The notes under the pieces are model-generated. The model ran no database searches. It was not told where the DNA came from and worked only from the letters and a program-made list of their open reading frames with translations. The translations under genes were made by a program, and so were the position numbers. This document shows positions 29,147 to 39,339 of a DNA stretch of 64,000 nt, piece after piece. Position 1 is the stretch's first letter. Each line of letters opens with the position of its first letter. Source of the stretch: a virus; the IMG/VR virus record IMGVR_UViG_3300037088_000361, positions 32,001 through 96,000 of that record. The stretch is one strand, 5' to 3'.

Positions 29147-32100
29147 TACCCACCCCCGCTCCGCAGCCAATTTTGGACGCCCTTGAACCCATCCGTAATG
29201 GTCTTGGCAGCCTGGGCGACAGCCGCCTGCGTGTCGAATACAGAGAACTCACTGCTTTCTCTGGGCGTTGGGGGACCGCTTCCCGCGTGAGTGCTAACGC
29301 CGGTGTTGGTGTGGATGTTAGTGACTTGGACGACAGGGGCGGCGGGGGATGAAGTCTTGTCGGCCGCTTTTCCTATACCTTGTTCGGCTGCGATGGTGGC
29401 GGCACCACCTGGCTTTAGCACATTTAACCCAAGGGGGTTTGCTAAAGAGGGATCCAGCTTTCCGCTCCGAGCCAAGTCGGAAAGACCGCTGCCTAGGGTG
29501 TCCGCATCCAGAAATCCTCCTCCTGACCCCGCCTTCTGTTTAAGCGTTGCTAACTCCATGTTAAACGCATTCACCCTCTCTCCTGTGGAGGCGCTCCCCT
29601 TTGCCAACTCCAGTTCCGTCTTACCCTTCTTTATCGTCTCTGTCAAATCATCCCTTCGGGCTGTTAACGAGGCAAGCATCGTGGGGTTATCCTTTGCCCT
29701 CTTCATTGCATCAGTGAGGTCCTTCTCCTGTTGTTCCAAGGTCTCTAGGCTCCCTCGATAACTGTCGGGTCCCGTTTTCGCTATTTCCTTGGCTACCTCG
29801 GCTTGGTCCTCTGCGCTGGCTCGGTGACTGATATGGAAGACGACTAGCAAATCATCGATGGCGTTTCCTATGGAGGTCAGTATACCGTACACCTTCATCT
29901 CTAGGATATCCTTAATTTGGCTTAAGTAGTCATCGCTCGTGGTCATTGCCTTCCCCAAGCTATCAGCCATCGTCTCCTTGAGCCTTTCCCCCTCGGTCTT
30001 GTTACTTTCTTCTAGCTCTTTCCACAGCTTTCCGCCCGGCAACATAGCATCCGCCATGTTGCCCAAGAAGTCGGTTTTCCAGCCTTCCTCTGCCTTCGCT
30101 TGCAAGCCCATATCGGTGGGAAGTCCTCGCTTGAGGTCCTCCACAGACACCCCGGTATACCGTGCTGCTTTTTTATATTGTTCGTCCCCAAGCTTACCGG
30201 ACTTCAAATCGTTGACCCAAGTAGCCGCCAAGTCCCCCATGGTACTGCGTACATCGTTAAGAAACTCAGGAGGCAACTGCATTTCCTCAGAAAACTTCCT
30301 CTGTTGTAATTCATAGTTTCCCATAAGCCCAGGATTCGTCATGAAGGTGTGTGCAACATCTGCATCAGTTTTTCCTAGTTTTCCTCCTGCACTCCGATTA
30401 ACCATTGCTAATACAGCGGAAACCTTGCCTAGATTAAGTGATGCCGCTACTGCTGGAGGCATGTTAATCATATGGGAAAGCTGTATGGCATTTTGTATGT
30501 TAGCGTCCTGACCAAAATTCCCCACTGTTGTACGAGACTCTAACCCTGCGGTCAACTGTCCGATAGCAGTCCCTACCAGTCCGGTCCTCTCGGTCCCTAC
30601 GTTTGCTATCTCTTGGTTGGCAAGTTGGCGTGCCCTTTGTCTAGCTGCCTCACTTTCAATCAAATCTTGGGCACTGCCGATGCCCTGTTCCTTCATATAC
30701 TTTTCTGCATCTTCTCTCCCCAGCCCCTTTGCTGTATAAACATCCCGCAAACTATCGTATGCGGATTGGGCGCTTCTGTCTACACCCTCCTTCGCCGACG
30801 CTGTCATGACATCCTTTACACCCTGTGGCATCTGTGATAGGATATAGGCTCCCATCTCTGGCGTAGTCTTGGTGGCAAAGAGCCCCTTCATCGTATCCTC
30901 CAACTGCTCCACTGTAAGGAGTCCAGTGTGGCCAAGCCCCCTGAGTGCTCCCGTAACAGTATCAACCCCACGTGCCATATGGGTAAACTGCCCGGATATC
31001 TCATCGAGAATCTGGATGTACTTTATTGATGTTAGCCCCGCCGCCTTGATGTCTATGTTGAGCTTGTTGAAGAAGCTGTCGGTCTGCTCCAAAGACAAGT
31101 GGTATTGCTGAAGAAGCTTCATTATGGTCTCGACGGCTTGAGGCGTATCCAGCCCTGCTAGCCTTGCTCCCCCGAATACAGTGGAGGCTATCCCCCCGCC
31201 TACCGGTCCACCAGCCCTTCCTATGATGTTGTGGGTAAGGTCGTTGTTGGCATCCGAGAGGTCGGAAACCCCGACCCCAAACTTGTTTATGGCGGCGACC
31301 ATCTCATAGTTTATTTTCTGGGTCTGGCCATACATATTAACGCCGGGGGTTAGGTTAGTACGCACGTTCTGGAAGGCTTGGGCTGCTCCCGTCTGCCCTC
31401 CGGCAAACAGACCACTTGTTCCCATTTTACTGTAGATGTCTTGATTACTCTTAATCATCCCGTCAAACAGTTCTTTCATGGCCGTCACTACCCCTACGAC
31501 TACCCCAATTGGTCCAGCCAACTCCGTTGCTGTTCCTGCAAGTGCCTCACCACCACCCCTGATAGTAGCTCCGACCGCCTCTAGGCCAGCGCCCCCCACC
31601 TCTGCCCCCTCTGCTGCCCCAGCAAACTCAGTCGCAAATGATTTCACCCCCTTTGCTGCACGCCCCGCCCTCCATCTTCCAATTCTCCCTGTATGCCCGC
31701 TGTACTTCATCATCTCTGTTACTAGGTCGTCATGGCTCATACTTGCGATTTCCTGGGCACGCCGCCTGTTTTCTGGTTCACTTCTGAGTTGTTTTACAAC
31801 ATCCTTGTCTATCCTGCCCTTTTCATTCAATTTTAGCTCACCCAGAAGGGTTCCGATAGGACCACCATGTAATGCTGCCTTCTTTTGAAATAGCTCAGCC
31901 CCTGCCTGCCGTTGTTCCACCGCTCCTCGGCGCATATAACCCACCTGCCTGCCCAAGCTGGAAAGGCGTTCAAAGGGAGCCATCAATGGGCCCAAGGTTC
32001 CCATTTGACTAAAGGCTTCTTTAAGGGCTGAGCCTATGGAATGAATCATCCCCGGCATCCTTGAAAACTTCTGGGTAATTGCATCAAGGCTATATCCCAT

Positions 32101-32559
32101 TTCCTTGAGAGCTTTTTTCATTTCATCTGTGAGCCCTACCCCTGAAACCTTAACTGCCTTCAACATAGCGAGGAGGTCTCGAAGGGACTTGTCGAACTGC
32201 GCCGTCCCTTTGCCCCCCACTTCCTGCCTTTGGAGCGCCTTGACGCTGGCTATCATCTTCTCAAGGTCCTTTATGGTTTCTTTGTTATTTGATGAGTTAA
32301 AGATTCCTCCGGGCTGCCCCACGCTCTTTAAGGCCTTTACAACCTCCTTAATGTTTCCCATTAGCTTATCACTTGAGTCCACCGCATCTGCAGCCTTGTC
32401 CGCAAAAGTCTCCAGTACCTTCACGTTGTCCTTCATCAGGACTCCAAGGTCGGCCATACTCTTATTGAGATTCTGTATGGTCGCCTCAAAGACTTTTGTG
32501 ACATCTACAAGGCTCTTTAGCACCCTGTCAAGGTCACCGGGATTTAAGGGATTGGGCAT
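29146..32559 (-). CDS. Tail tape measure protein
   Basis: 1137-aa A/G/K/L-rich helical protein upstream of baseplate genes and downstream of a chaperone-like gene. Confidence 0.75.
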   Translation of the reverse strand: MPNPLNPGDLDRVLKSLVDVTKVFEATIQNLNKSMADLGVLMKDNVKVLETFADKAADAVDSSDKLMGNIKEVVKALKSVGQPGGIFNSSNNKETIKDLEKMIASVKALQRQEVGGKGTAQFDKSLRDLLAMLKAVKVSGVGLTDEMKKALKEMGYSLDAITQKFSRMPGMIHSIGSALKEAFSQMGTLGPLMAPFERLSSLGRQVGYMRRGAVEQRQAGAELFQKKAALHGGPIGTLLGELKLNEKGRIDKDVVKQLRSEPENRRRAQEIASMSHDDLVTEMMKYSGHTGRIGRWRAGRAAKGVKSFATEFAGAAEGAEVGGAGLEAVGATIRGGGEALAGTATELAGPIGVVVGVVTAMKELFDGMIKSNQDIYSKMGTSGLFAGGQTGAAQAFQNVRTNLTPGVNMYGQTQKINYEMVAAINKFGVGVSDLSDANNDLTHNIIGRAGGPVGGGIASTVFGGARLAGLDTPQAVETIMKLLQQYHLSLEQTDSFFNKLNIDIKAAGLTSIKYIQILDEISGQFTHMARGVDTVTGALRGLGHTGLLTVEQLEDTMKGLFATKTTPEMGAYILSQMPQGVKDVMTASAKEGVDRSAQSAYDSLRDVYTAKGLGREDAEKYMKEQGIGSAQDLIESEAARQRARQLANQEIANVGTERTGLVGTAIGQLTAGLESRTTVGNFGQDANIQNAIQLSHMINMPPAVAASLNLGKVSAVLAMVNRSAGGKLGKTDADVAHTFMTNPGLMGNYELQQRKFSEEMQLPPEFLNDVRSTMGDLAATWVNDLKSGKLGDEQYKKAARYTGVSVEDLKRGLPTDMGLQAKAEEGWKTDFLGNMADAMLPGGKLWKELEESNKTEGERLKETMADSLGKAMTTSDDYLSQIKDILEMKVYGILTSIGNAIDDLLVVFHISHRASAEDQAEVAKEIAKTGPDSYRGSLETLEQQEKDLTDAMKRAKDNPTMLASLTARRDDLTETIKKGKTELELAKGSASTGERVNAFNMELATLKQKAGSGGGFLDADTLGSGLSDLARSGKLDPSLANPLGLNVLKPGGAATIAAEQGIGKAADKTSSPAAPVVQVTNIHTNTGVSTHAGSGPPTPRESSEFSVFDTQAAVAQAAKTITDGFKGVQNWLRSGGG

Positions 32560-32587
32560 CTGTTCCTATCTTTATCCTGAACGGAGG

Positions 32588-33199
32588 TTAAGCTTTCTCC
32601 TCCGTTTTATCTTCAGCCTTCACCACAGTATCCATCGCTTGGATTATCGTATCCTCGATTACTTCCTTGCTGGCATCCCTGATTTCTTTGAGGGCCGACT
32701 CAAACAACCGACGCTCAACCTCAGTCATCATGGTGGATTCGGGAAAATTCTGTTGCATGCGCTTCTCAATCTTGTCAGAGTGAACCATTAAGAGCTTCCA
32801 GAGAGTCAGGAGAACCTCCTGCCCCCACCCGAGAAAGATGTTGCGAAGAACGACTTGAACATCGACCTTAGGCTTCTTCTCTTCCTTGCTGGTACAGTCC
32901 GTGACTATCCGCTGTTCCGGGGTAAGATTGCGGATGCTTATTCCGTTGGCCCAAGTGACCGCCCGAGAGAGGATTTCACAACGGATACGCTGAATCCAAG
33001 CATACCCTTTATACTCCTCTGCGGCTAATAAAGCCTTTATCTCCTGCTCAGTCGGGATGTTGGAAATCCTCAGGCTGACAGTTTTCCCAGAGGCGTCAAA
33101 CTGGATTATCTCCTCCACTTCTTCCAGTCCGAACCCACACATTGCTGCCACAACCTCATCCAGTGACTTTGGAACAATCACATTGTCATTTTCAGCCAT
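32588..33199 (-). CDS. Probable tail assembly chaperone
   Basis: Charged 203-aa protein directly upstream of the tape measure; AAAGGAG RBS. Confidence 0.5.
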   Translation of the reverse strand: MAENDNVIVPKSLDEVVAAMCGFGLEEVEEIIQFDASGKTVSLRISNIPTEQEIKALLAAEEYKGYAWIQRIRCEILSRAVTWANGISIRNLTPEQRIVTDCTSKEEKKPKVDVQVVLRNIFLGWGQEVLLTLWKLLMVHSDKIEKRMQQNFPESTMMTEVERRLFESALKEIRDASKEVIEDTIIQAMDTVVKAEDKTEEKA

Positions 33200-33202
33200 T
33201 TT

Positions 33203-33505
33203 TTATTTTTCTCCTTTTCTCTTGTTGACAAACCTTTCAGCAGCAGCGTTAAGTACTTGAAGAATATGGGTTTCTTGCTCCTTAAATTCCCAACCCCAAT
33301 ACAAAATTGTACGCTCAAAAACATCAAGTCCATGCTTCTTCACAGCCCTCTGAAAAACCTTGCCGCTACCTACATACCCATCATCAAGAGTGCCCGCATG
33401 GGAGCCTATATACCACTTACCATTATTACGGTTAACCCACAGGTATACAAATCCTTGTGGCTCAAACTTTACGATAGCCATTTCCGTTGCCCTATCTTCC
33501 CCCAC
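33203..33505 (-). pseudogene. Truncated Seg-like GIY-YIG endonuclease
   Basis: FVYLW.N..NGKWYIGSH....DDGYVGSG present, but the ORF ends at 100 aa without the YN motif or a DNA-binding tail. Confidence 0.6.
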
Positions 33506-33601
33506 AGTTCCTCCTAATAAGCCAGCCGACAGTCGGTTATGTGGGAATCACCTCAGTTTAAGAATCCCTCCAGATATCCGACAGTCTGGTGTATACTATA
33601 G

Positions 33602-34270
33602 ATGGAGGAATCTATGGACGAAACTTTTACTACAAAAGAAAAGCAGAAAATCGAAGCGGATATGCAGGATATCTATGCTTGGCAGAGGAGCGCACAGGCT
33701 ATACGAGAGGAACGGGAGAGGTTGGAGAAAGAGAAGGGAAGGCGTGATGGGCTTATAGCCGATTATGTCCTAACCCCTTTGTGGAATGCTTTCCGTACCC
33801 TCAGGGGTGTTAAGAACCTCGTCATGCTGCTTGTCATCTCTGCGGTGATATTCCTCCCCGCAAAATACATACTTTTCCACTATCTGTTTGTAAACACACC
33901 CATTGACCCCCCTGACCCTATTACCCAGCTTTTGAGTATAGCCACAATCTTACTCGTGGCACCCTATGCACCGTGGTATTGGCTCTGGTCTCTCGTGCCA
34001 ATGCTCGTTATCGCTGGTTCGTTCACTGGATGCTACTTTGGAGACTACCCTCATGGTGTTGGGTATGACAACTGGCCAGCAATCTCTCTCGTGTTCTTGC
34101 TATGGGGGCTATACGGGCTGGTAAAGGGGATACACCATGAAGTCACATGGCTGAGGGAAAGCTATAATGATGACCCCCACCACCATACGATGGAGCACCC
34201 CTATCTCTTTATGGGTGCGGCCGTCGGGCAACATTATGTCCTAAAAAATACCCTGTACAAGAAAGACTAG
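33602..34270 (+). CDS. Membrane protein (about 4 TM) with N-terminal coiled coil
   Basis: 222 aa with several hydrophobic segments; isolated + strand gene with its own promoter-like motif. Confidence 0.7.
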   Translation: MEESMDETFTTKEKQKIEADMQDIYAWQRSAQAIREERERLEKEKGRRDGLIADYVLTPLWNAFRTLRGVKNLVMLLVISAVIFLPAKYILFHYLFVNTPIDPPDPITQLLSIATILLVAPYAPWYWLWSLVPMLVIAGSFTGCYFGDYPHGVGYDNWPAISLVFLLWGLYGLVKGIHHEVTWLRESYNDDPHHHTMEHPYLFMGAAVGQHYVLKNTLYKKD

Positions 34271-34272
34271 GG

Positions 34273-35439
34273 TTATTGGTACTTCTTTATCTTCTCGGCG
34301 TAGTCGGGTCGTCCCCCCTCCTGCTCCCTCCGGGCGGGAGGGGGAGGCATCCTCCTGCCCCTCATCTTGGCATCCTGCAGCCGCATGTCGTCGTCCGACA
34401 TTATGCGTATGGTCTCCTTGTTGATTCCCGGTCCTCCACGCTTGGCCACTATCTGCTCGATATCCTTCTTGCGCTTGTCCGCCGCCTCAAGCTGCTGATG
34501 CTCAAACTTAGCCATAAGTTGCTCGTGCCGGTCGTTCCCCAGCATCCCATAAAGCTCCTTGAGCATCCCCTCCTTCGTCTCCATGTTCTCAAGGTGTGCC
34601 CATCCGTCGTCAAGCGCCTTCTCAGGGGCGGCAGCGACCATATGCTCCCAAGGGTCCATTACTCCCGCCTGCATCGCCTTGGTGGCTGCCTTTAGCTCCG
34701 CCGCCAGCCCGTCCACGGACTTTCCCGCCCACGGGCGCATAATCAGGACAGCATTCCACGACTCGTCCAGCCGCTTCTTTGCCTGCTCCCGGTAAGTGCA
34801 TAGGGATGCCCACAGCCTGGCGTGGTCACTGGGGCACATAATAGTCACCTTCCTGCCGTCAGGCATAGGTATGACCTTGTTCTCGAACGACGCACAACTC
34901 CCCCCGCTGTGCCATAGGCGCTCACTCTCCCTCGTGGTGCTGAACGCCGCCAAGTAGGGGTAGAGGGAGGCATCCCTGTCCCCCATAACGATTACCAGCT
35001 TGACTAGGCGGCTGACCTCCAAGGATGTAAGCTGCCCTAGCTCCTCCTCAGTCAGGGTGGTAGTGAGAAGCAGGGAGCGCAGGATGAAGTCCTGACTTTT
35101 AGGGAACCACCGTCTAAGGTCACGACGCTCGGTGTCGTGCAACCCCCTGACCCACCCTAGGCTCTCACCGTCAACCAACAGGGGTCGTATCCTCGCTCCT
35201 ATCCTGATAAGCTCGTCGCAGGTATCGGAAACCTTGTTCTTAACCTCCTGCACATACTGGGTAGGAGCACGATGGGCAGACTCCTCGCCGATGCGCATGG
35301 CCAGCTCTGCCCCACGGGTAATCTTTGAGTCCGGCGATACCCTGCCCCCCCTCCAGGCACCAGTAGGGGGAGTCCCAAGCACGTTCTGGGAGACCTTAGG
35401 CACCACCATCCGAGCCTCCCTCCTGTGTGGCGGGAACAA
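34273..35439 (-). CDS. Hypothetical protein (real start probably MVVPK after GGAGG)
   Basis: 388-aa charged ORF, collinear with the tail genes. Confidence 0.7.
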   Translation of the reverse strand: MFPPHRREARMVVPKVSQNVLGTPPTGAWRGGRVSPDSKITRGAELAMRIGEESAHRAPTQYVQEVKNKVSDTCDELIRIGARIRPLLVDGESLGWVRGLHDTERRDLRRWFPKSQDFILRSLLLTTTLTEEELGQLTSLEVSRLVKLVIVMGDRDASLYPYLAAFSTTRESERLWHSGGSCASFENKVIPMPDGRKVTIMCPSDHARLWASLCTYREQAKKRLDESWNAVLIMRPWAGKSVDGLAAELKAATKAMQAGVMDPWEHMVAAAPEKALDDGWAHLENMETKEGMLKELYGMLGNDRHEQLMAKFEHQQLEAADKRKKDIEQIVAKRGGPGINKETIRIMSDDDMRLQDAKMRGRRMPPPPARREQEGGRPDYAEKIKKYQ

Positions 35440-35956
35440 ACCTCTTTCCCTCTTTTTGTGCTGCCCTGAGAATCTGACGGCTCAGTTCCGCCTCCTCGGC
35501 CACTTCCTGTTTTCCGAAGCGGTTCTCCATTTCTCTGATAACCTTGTCATGAATGCTCTCCTCTTCCGTACTCTCCTCAAAGACCCTCCCCATATGCAAG
35601 GACGACTCGGGTGCCTGGTAGAGGTCGGCGGTGCTGAACCGGCGTGCGGGTGGAAACGACCCACGGTATACCTTCCACACCCTGGTGAGGATGGCCTCGG
35701 GTATGGCCGCAATGACCCGCTTAGCTTCTTCAATCGACTTTGGGGCAATCCCCGACACCTCGACAAGAGCGGTGGCGAGGAACACTCGGACAGGGTCCTC
35801 GGATTTTCCTGCCCTGACAAGGAATTCTTCCTGCCACAGCACCCGCCTGAAGACAAAATCAAACCTCAGGAGACGGACATTGACGAGGTCGGCGGTATTG
35901 ATATCCTTGGCCATATACAGGCTGTGGGAAGGCCTTTTACACGTAATCACTGGCAA
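35396..35956 (-). CDS. Hypothetical protein (real start probably MAKD)
   Basis: Charged ORF overlapping the downstream start. Confidence 0.6.
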   Translation of the reverse strand: MPVITCKRPSHSLYMAKDINTADLVNVRLLRFDFVFRRVLWQEEFLVRAGKSEDPVRVFLATALVEVSGIAPKSIEEAKRVIAAIPEAILTRVWKVYRGSFPPARRFSTADLYQAPESSLHMGRVFEESTEEESIHDKVIREMENRFGKQEVAEEAELSRQILRAAQKEGKRFVPATQEGGSDGGA

Positions 35957-36013
35957 GCTAGTATTTATAGTCTACAGCGAGTTTATCATGGCACATCGCC
36001 GCAAAGGAGTCCT

Positions 36014-37621
36014 ATGTATCTTTCTGAGCTTGCCCGAAGGTTCTGCTGTGGTCAGGACCTTTATCCGTTCGTATTGCAAAACAAGAAGAGGTTGGCTTGG
36101 ACCATCCAGTACGCCAAGTGGCTGGACTTTACGCCGGGAAGCGACGAGGTAGTCACCAGCGGAACCCTCCGGGCGATTTGGATTTACATCGAGAAGTTCA
36201 GTGCCCTCCCCACCAGTCCCACCGACGTAAAGGGATACATCATAAACAATCCGCACAACATCAAGGAGTTTACACGGGGCGAGGACGATAAGGATAATAC
36301 CACCGGAATCCTTGAACAGCTAGACCTGCTGGCCACTTGGGAGCCCACTCCCAACGTCAAGGTGCAGGATACATTACCTGTGCTTGAGTATGCTTTCTCC
36401 GATGTCAGGAACAACTGGCACGAGAAGCTCTATGCCAAGGCGGGCAGGATAGCCTCTGGGGCGGATGCTCACACCTATTGGGTCGGTCGGGAGAAGAAGG
36501 AGGAGAGGGGTCCCTCCGCCGCCATGCGGTACCTCCGCCTGAAATGGCTGCAGGACTATGCTGATGAGGCTCCCCCGCAGGATGGGATGTTGCACGAAAA
36601 CATGCAGTCGGTCCGGGAGGGGTTCGCCAGCCTGATGGATGAACAATCCACAGATAACCAGATGGCCATCGGTATCCCCCACATTGACAATAATGTGGTA
36701 ATCAGCAAGAATTCCGACATGAAGTTCATCGGCATCGTAGGTCAGGCGGGTGACGGAAAGACCACCTTAGCGAACTACATGGTATACCAATGGCTCAGCG
36801 AGGGGTTTAATGGTCTATACGCCTCCACTGAACACAGCGCCAAGCATATCTGGGATGTTATGACCTACCTGCATAGCTCCCACCCTGACTATGCCGGGAT
36901 AGTCCTGCCAGGAACCAAGGTCTGGGAGAGCCGTAATGTCACGACCGAGGATATCAAGCATATGCAGACCATCTGCCAAGACATTGAGACCCGCAGGAAC
37001 TTGCCGGGGCTTCTGGAAGTCAAGGAGTTTCACCCCTTCGATTGGGACACCATCGAGGATTGGGTCAAGGTGTATCACCCCAAGAACCATTACGACTTCA
37101 TTTTGCTAGATTATATCACCCGCTTTGAGGTTCCCGGAGACCCTAAATGGATAGACCAAGAAATAAAATGCCTCATCCACCGCATACAAAGATTTACCCG
37201 AGACTTTGATAATGGCAAGGGTATAGTTGTTGCCAGCCCTATTCAAATTACCAAGGAGTCCTACAAGGACGCCATGAAGGGTGAGTTCAAAGAGGGTGTA
37301 GGTCATTATACTATTGACTCTATTCGCACCTTCAGCGAGTTAAAGGATGATTGTGACTTACTCCTTACGGTGTGGTCCGACCAAGAAATGAAAGATGAGA
37401 AAAGGAATGAGATTGAAGTCGGGTGCGTCAAGAAGCGCGTTGGCCGACAGCCACCCGCCCGCATCATGGTTCTGTCCGCTAATACCGGAGCGTTCGCCCA
37501 AAGGGGCGACGAGTCGGTGACAGGTCAGCAAGCGTTAACCCCTGAAGTCGCCGAGGCAATGAGGGAAATACGGAACATTGACAGCGACATCGTGGATGAA
37601 ATGCCACAATATTGTCAATGA
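36014..37621 (+). CDS. DnaB-like (SF4) replicative helicase
   Basis: Walker A GQAGDGKT, STE motif, Walker B FILLDY, ..Q.T and KKR.G; start ATG 36014 after AAGGAG. The track's upstream extension is spurious. Confidence 0.8.
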   Translation: MYLSELARRFCCGQDLYPFVLQNKKRLAWTIQYAKWLDFTPGSDEVVTSGTLRAIWIYIEKFSALPTSPTDVKGYIINNPHNIKEFTRGEDDKDNTTGILEQLDLLATWEPTPNVKVQDTLPVLEYAFSDVRNNWHEKLYAKAGRIASGADAHTYWVGREKKEERGPSAAMRYLRLKWLQDYADEAPPQDGMLHENMQSVREGFASLMDEQSTDNQMAIGIPHIDNNVVISKNSDMKFIGIVGQAGDGKTTLANYMVYQWLSEGFNGLYASTEHSAKHIWDVMTYLHSSHPDYAGIVLPGTKVWESRNVTTEDIKHMQTICQDIETRRNLPGLLEVKEFHPFDWDTIEDWVKVYHPKNHYDFILLDYITRFEVPGDPKWIDQEIKCLIHRIQRFTRDFDNGKGIVVASPIQITKESYKDAMKGEFKEGVGHYTIDSIRTFSELKDDCDLLLTVWSDQEMKDEKRNEIEVGCVKKRVGRQPPARIMVLSANTGAFAQRGDESVTGQQALTPEVAEAMREIRNIDSDIVDEMPQYCQ

Positions 37622-37816
37622 CCGTCGCCTAAAGGCGACGGCTTGTGCCCAAGGCCAAGCCAAGGTTGAAAGCACAACGTAAGCGGAGACTAGGGATGTA
37701 GTAACTGAGCTTCCTGGGCGTGGCAGCCCGAAAGCACACCGAGAATGCTCCCCAAGTTTTCGGTCCCTGCGGAAGCCAGTCCCGAAGGGGGAAATTGAGA
37801 AAGAGAGAGGTAACTC
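37614..37816 (+). ncRNA. omegaRNA (HEARO-like) scaffold of IsrB
   Basis: About 200-nt structured non-coding stretch between the IS left end and the isrB start, containing AGACTAG and ATGCTCCCCAAGT segments resembling omegaRNAs. Confidence 0.75.
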
Positions 37817-38824
37817 TTGTTTGTTCCAGTAGTTAGTTCGACAGGCAAGCCGCTCATGCCCACCACCAATTGGCGGGCGAACGAGCTAATCCGTAAGGGC
37901 AACGCGTTACGACGTTTCAGCAAGGGCGTCTTCTACATCCGCCTGACGCAACGGTCTGACGGGGTCATACAGGAAGTTGCGTGCGGGATAGACCCCGGCT
38001 CGAAGAAGGAAGCGTTCACGGTAAAGTCGGATGCCCACACTTTCATCAATATTCAGGCGGACGCTGTGACTTGGGTCAAGAAAGCGGTGGAAACCCGCAG
38101 GTTGCTGAGAAGGTCAAGGCGCAGCCGGAATACACCTTGCCGTCAGAACCGGTCCAACCGGACAATCGGCGGAATTCCGCCGAGTACCAGGGCTCGATTC
38201 GGGTGGAAGGTGAGGATTAGCACCTGGCTCTCTAAGCTCTATCCGATTTCCCGCTTTGTGGTCGAGGACATTAAGGCGACGACCCACAAGGGACGCCGTT
38301 GGAATAAGAGTTTTAGCCCACTCGAAGTTGGCAAGAAGTGGTTCAAGGTAGAGCTTGAGAAGCTCGCTCCGATCACACTCAAGCAAGGGTGGGAGACATT
38401 CCAGATGCGGAACGCAGCGGGGTTGAAAAAGACGAAGGCGAAGATGTCGGAGAGGTTTGACGCCCACTGTGTGGACAGTTGGATCTTGGCGAACAGTTGG
38501 GTCGGCGGGAACATCAAGCCTGACAACGAAAAGATGTGGCTGGTAACGCCGCTTCAATTCAGCCGTAGACAGCTTCATGTTCAGAATCCCGCCGCAGGCG
38601 GTATCCGAAAGCCCTACGGCGGAACGCGGAGCCTGGGCTTCAAGCGGGGAAGCTGGGTACAGCATCCTAAGTTTGGGACGTGCTTTGTTGGCGGGTCGTC
38701 AAAAGGCAGAGTCAGCCTGCACAGCCTTTCGACCGGAAAACGCTTAACCCAGAGTGCCAAATCTCAAGATATGGAATTTCTGCATTATGCAAGCTGGAGG
38801 GCGTCCAATTCCTCCGCTGGCTAA
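37817..38824 (+). CDS. isrB: IsrB RNA-guided nickase (PLMP, RuvC, bridge helix, no HNH)
   Basis: KPLMP, RuvC-I GIDPG, RRLLRRSRRSR bridge helix, VVED (RuvC-II), HCVD (RuvC-III); 335 aa; no CxxC/HNH insert. Confidence 0.9.
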   Translation: MFVPVVSSTGKPLMPTTNWRANELIRKGNALRRFSKGVFYIRLTQRSDGVIQEVACGIDPGSKKEAFTVKSDAHTFINIQADAVTWVKKAVETRRLLRRSRRSRNTPCRQNRSNRTIGGIPPSTRARFGWKVRISTWLSKLYPISRFVVEDIKATTHKGRRWNKSFSPLEVGKKWFKVELEKLAPITLKQGWETFQMRNAAGLKKTKAKMSERFDAHCVDSWILANSWVGGNIKPDNEKMWLVTPLQFSRRQLHVQNPAAGGIRKPYGGTRSLGFKRGSWVQHPKFGTCFVGGSSKGRVSLHSLSTGKRLTQSAKSQDMEFLHYASWRASNSSAG

Positions 38825-38853
38825 AGCCAGCGGTCTCCTTGGACACAAAATCT

Positions 38854-39339
38854 ATGAAGTCGCAGACCATAGAAGCGAGCGAGATACACCAAAGGATATA
38901 CATAAAGAACTGGTGGAAGTTTCAACATTACCACGACCGTAGACCCTCGTGGATTAAGCTACACACGTCCATCCTGACGGATGATGTGCTGATTAACTTA
39001 CCAGGGGACGACTTCAAGCACCTGGTGCGCTTGTGGTTAGCTCTGGCAGAGCATGAGGGGAGCTTCAGTCAGGCTAACTGGGCTCTCGGGCATAGCGTGG
39101 GCTTCTCTACCCGTAAGCAGTGGCAAAGCTTTCTAGCACGAATGATAAATAAGTCCCTGATAACAGAGGAAGATTCTCGTGGAGCTAGGGCAGAGGTGGC
39201 TAGCGATTTGGTACACAGAAGAAGAAGAGATAAGAAAGAGATAAAGAATAAAGAGAATAACCCTAACACCTCTTCAGGTAACTCTAACTTTTCTCCAGAT
39301 AATTTCCCTATTGATTTGACCGTAGATGAGGAGGATTGA
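38854..39339 (+). CDS. Phage replication-initiator-like protein
   Basis: IKNW.KFQHY.DRRP.WIKLH motif and basic linker; start re-assigned to ATG 38854 just outside the IS right end. Confidence 0.6.
   Translation: MKSQTIEASEIHQRIYIKNWWKFQHYHDRRPSWIKLHTSILTDDVLINLPGDDFKHLVRLWLALAEHEGSFSQANWALGHSVGFSTRKQWQSFLARMINKSLITEEDSRGARAEVASDLVHRRRRDKKEIKNKENNPNTSSGNSNFSPDNFPIDLTVDEED

Larger units (their letters stand above)
37614..38853 (+). mobile_element. IS200/IS605-superfamily IsrB element (non-autonomous, no tnpA)
   Basis: Left end GTCAATGACCGTCGCCTAAAGGCGACGGCTTG and right end CAATTCCTCCGCTGGCTAAAGCCAGCGGTCTCC are matching subterminal hairpins with CTAAAG centres. Exact boundaries are uncertain by a few nt. 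Confidence 0.85.

Noticed and set aside
35132-36013. 829-aa helicase with long N-terminal extension
   Set aside because: The extension is antisense to two real minus-strand genes; a good RBS and ATG lie at 36014.
37817-38824. IscB or Cas9
   Set aside because: No HNH domain, only 335 aa and no CRISPR array; it fits IsrB.
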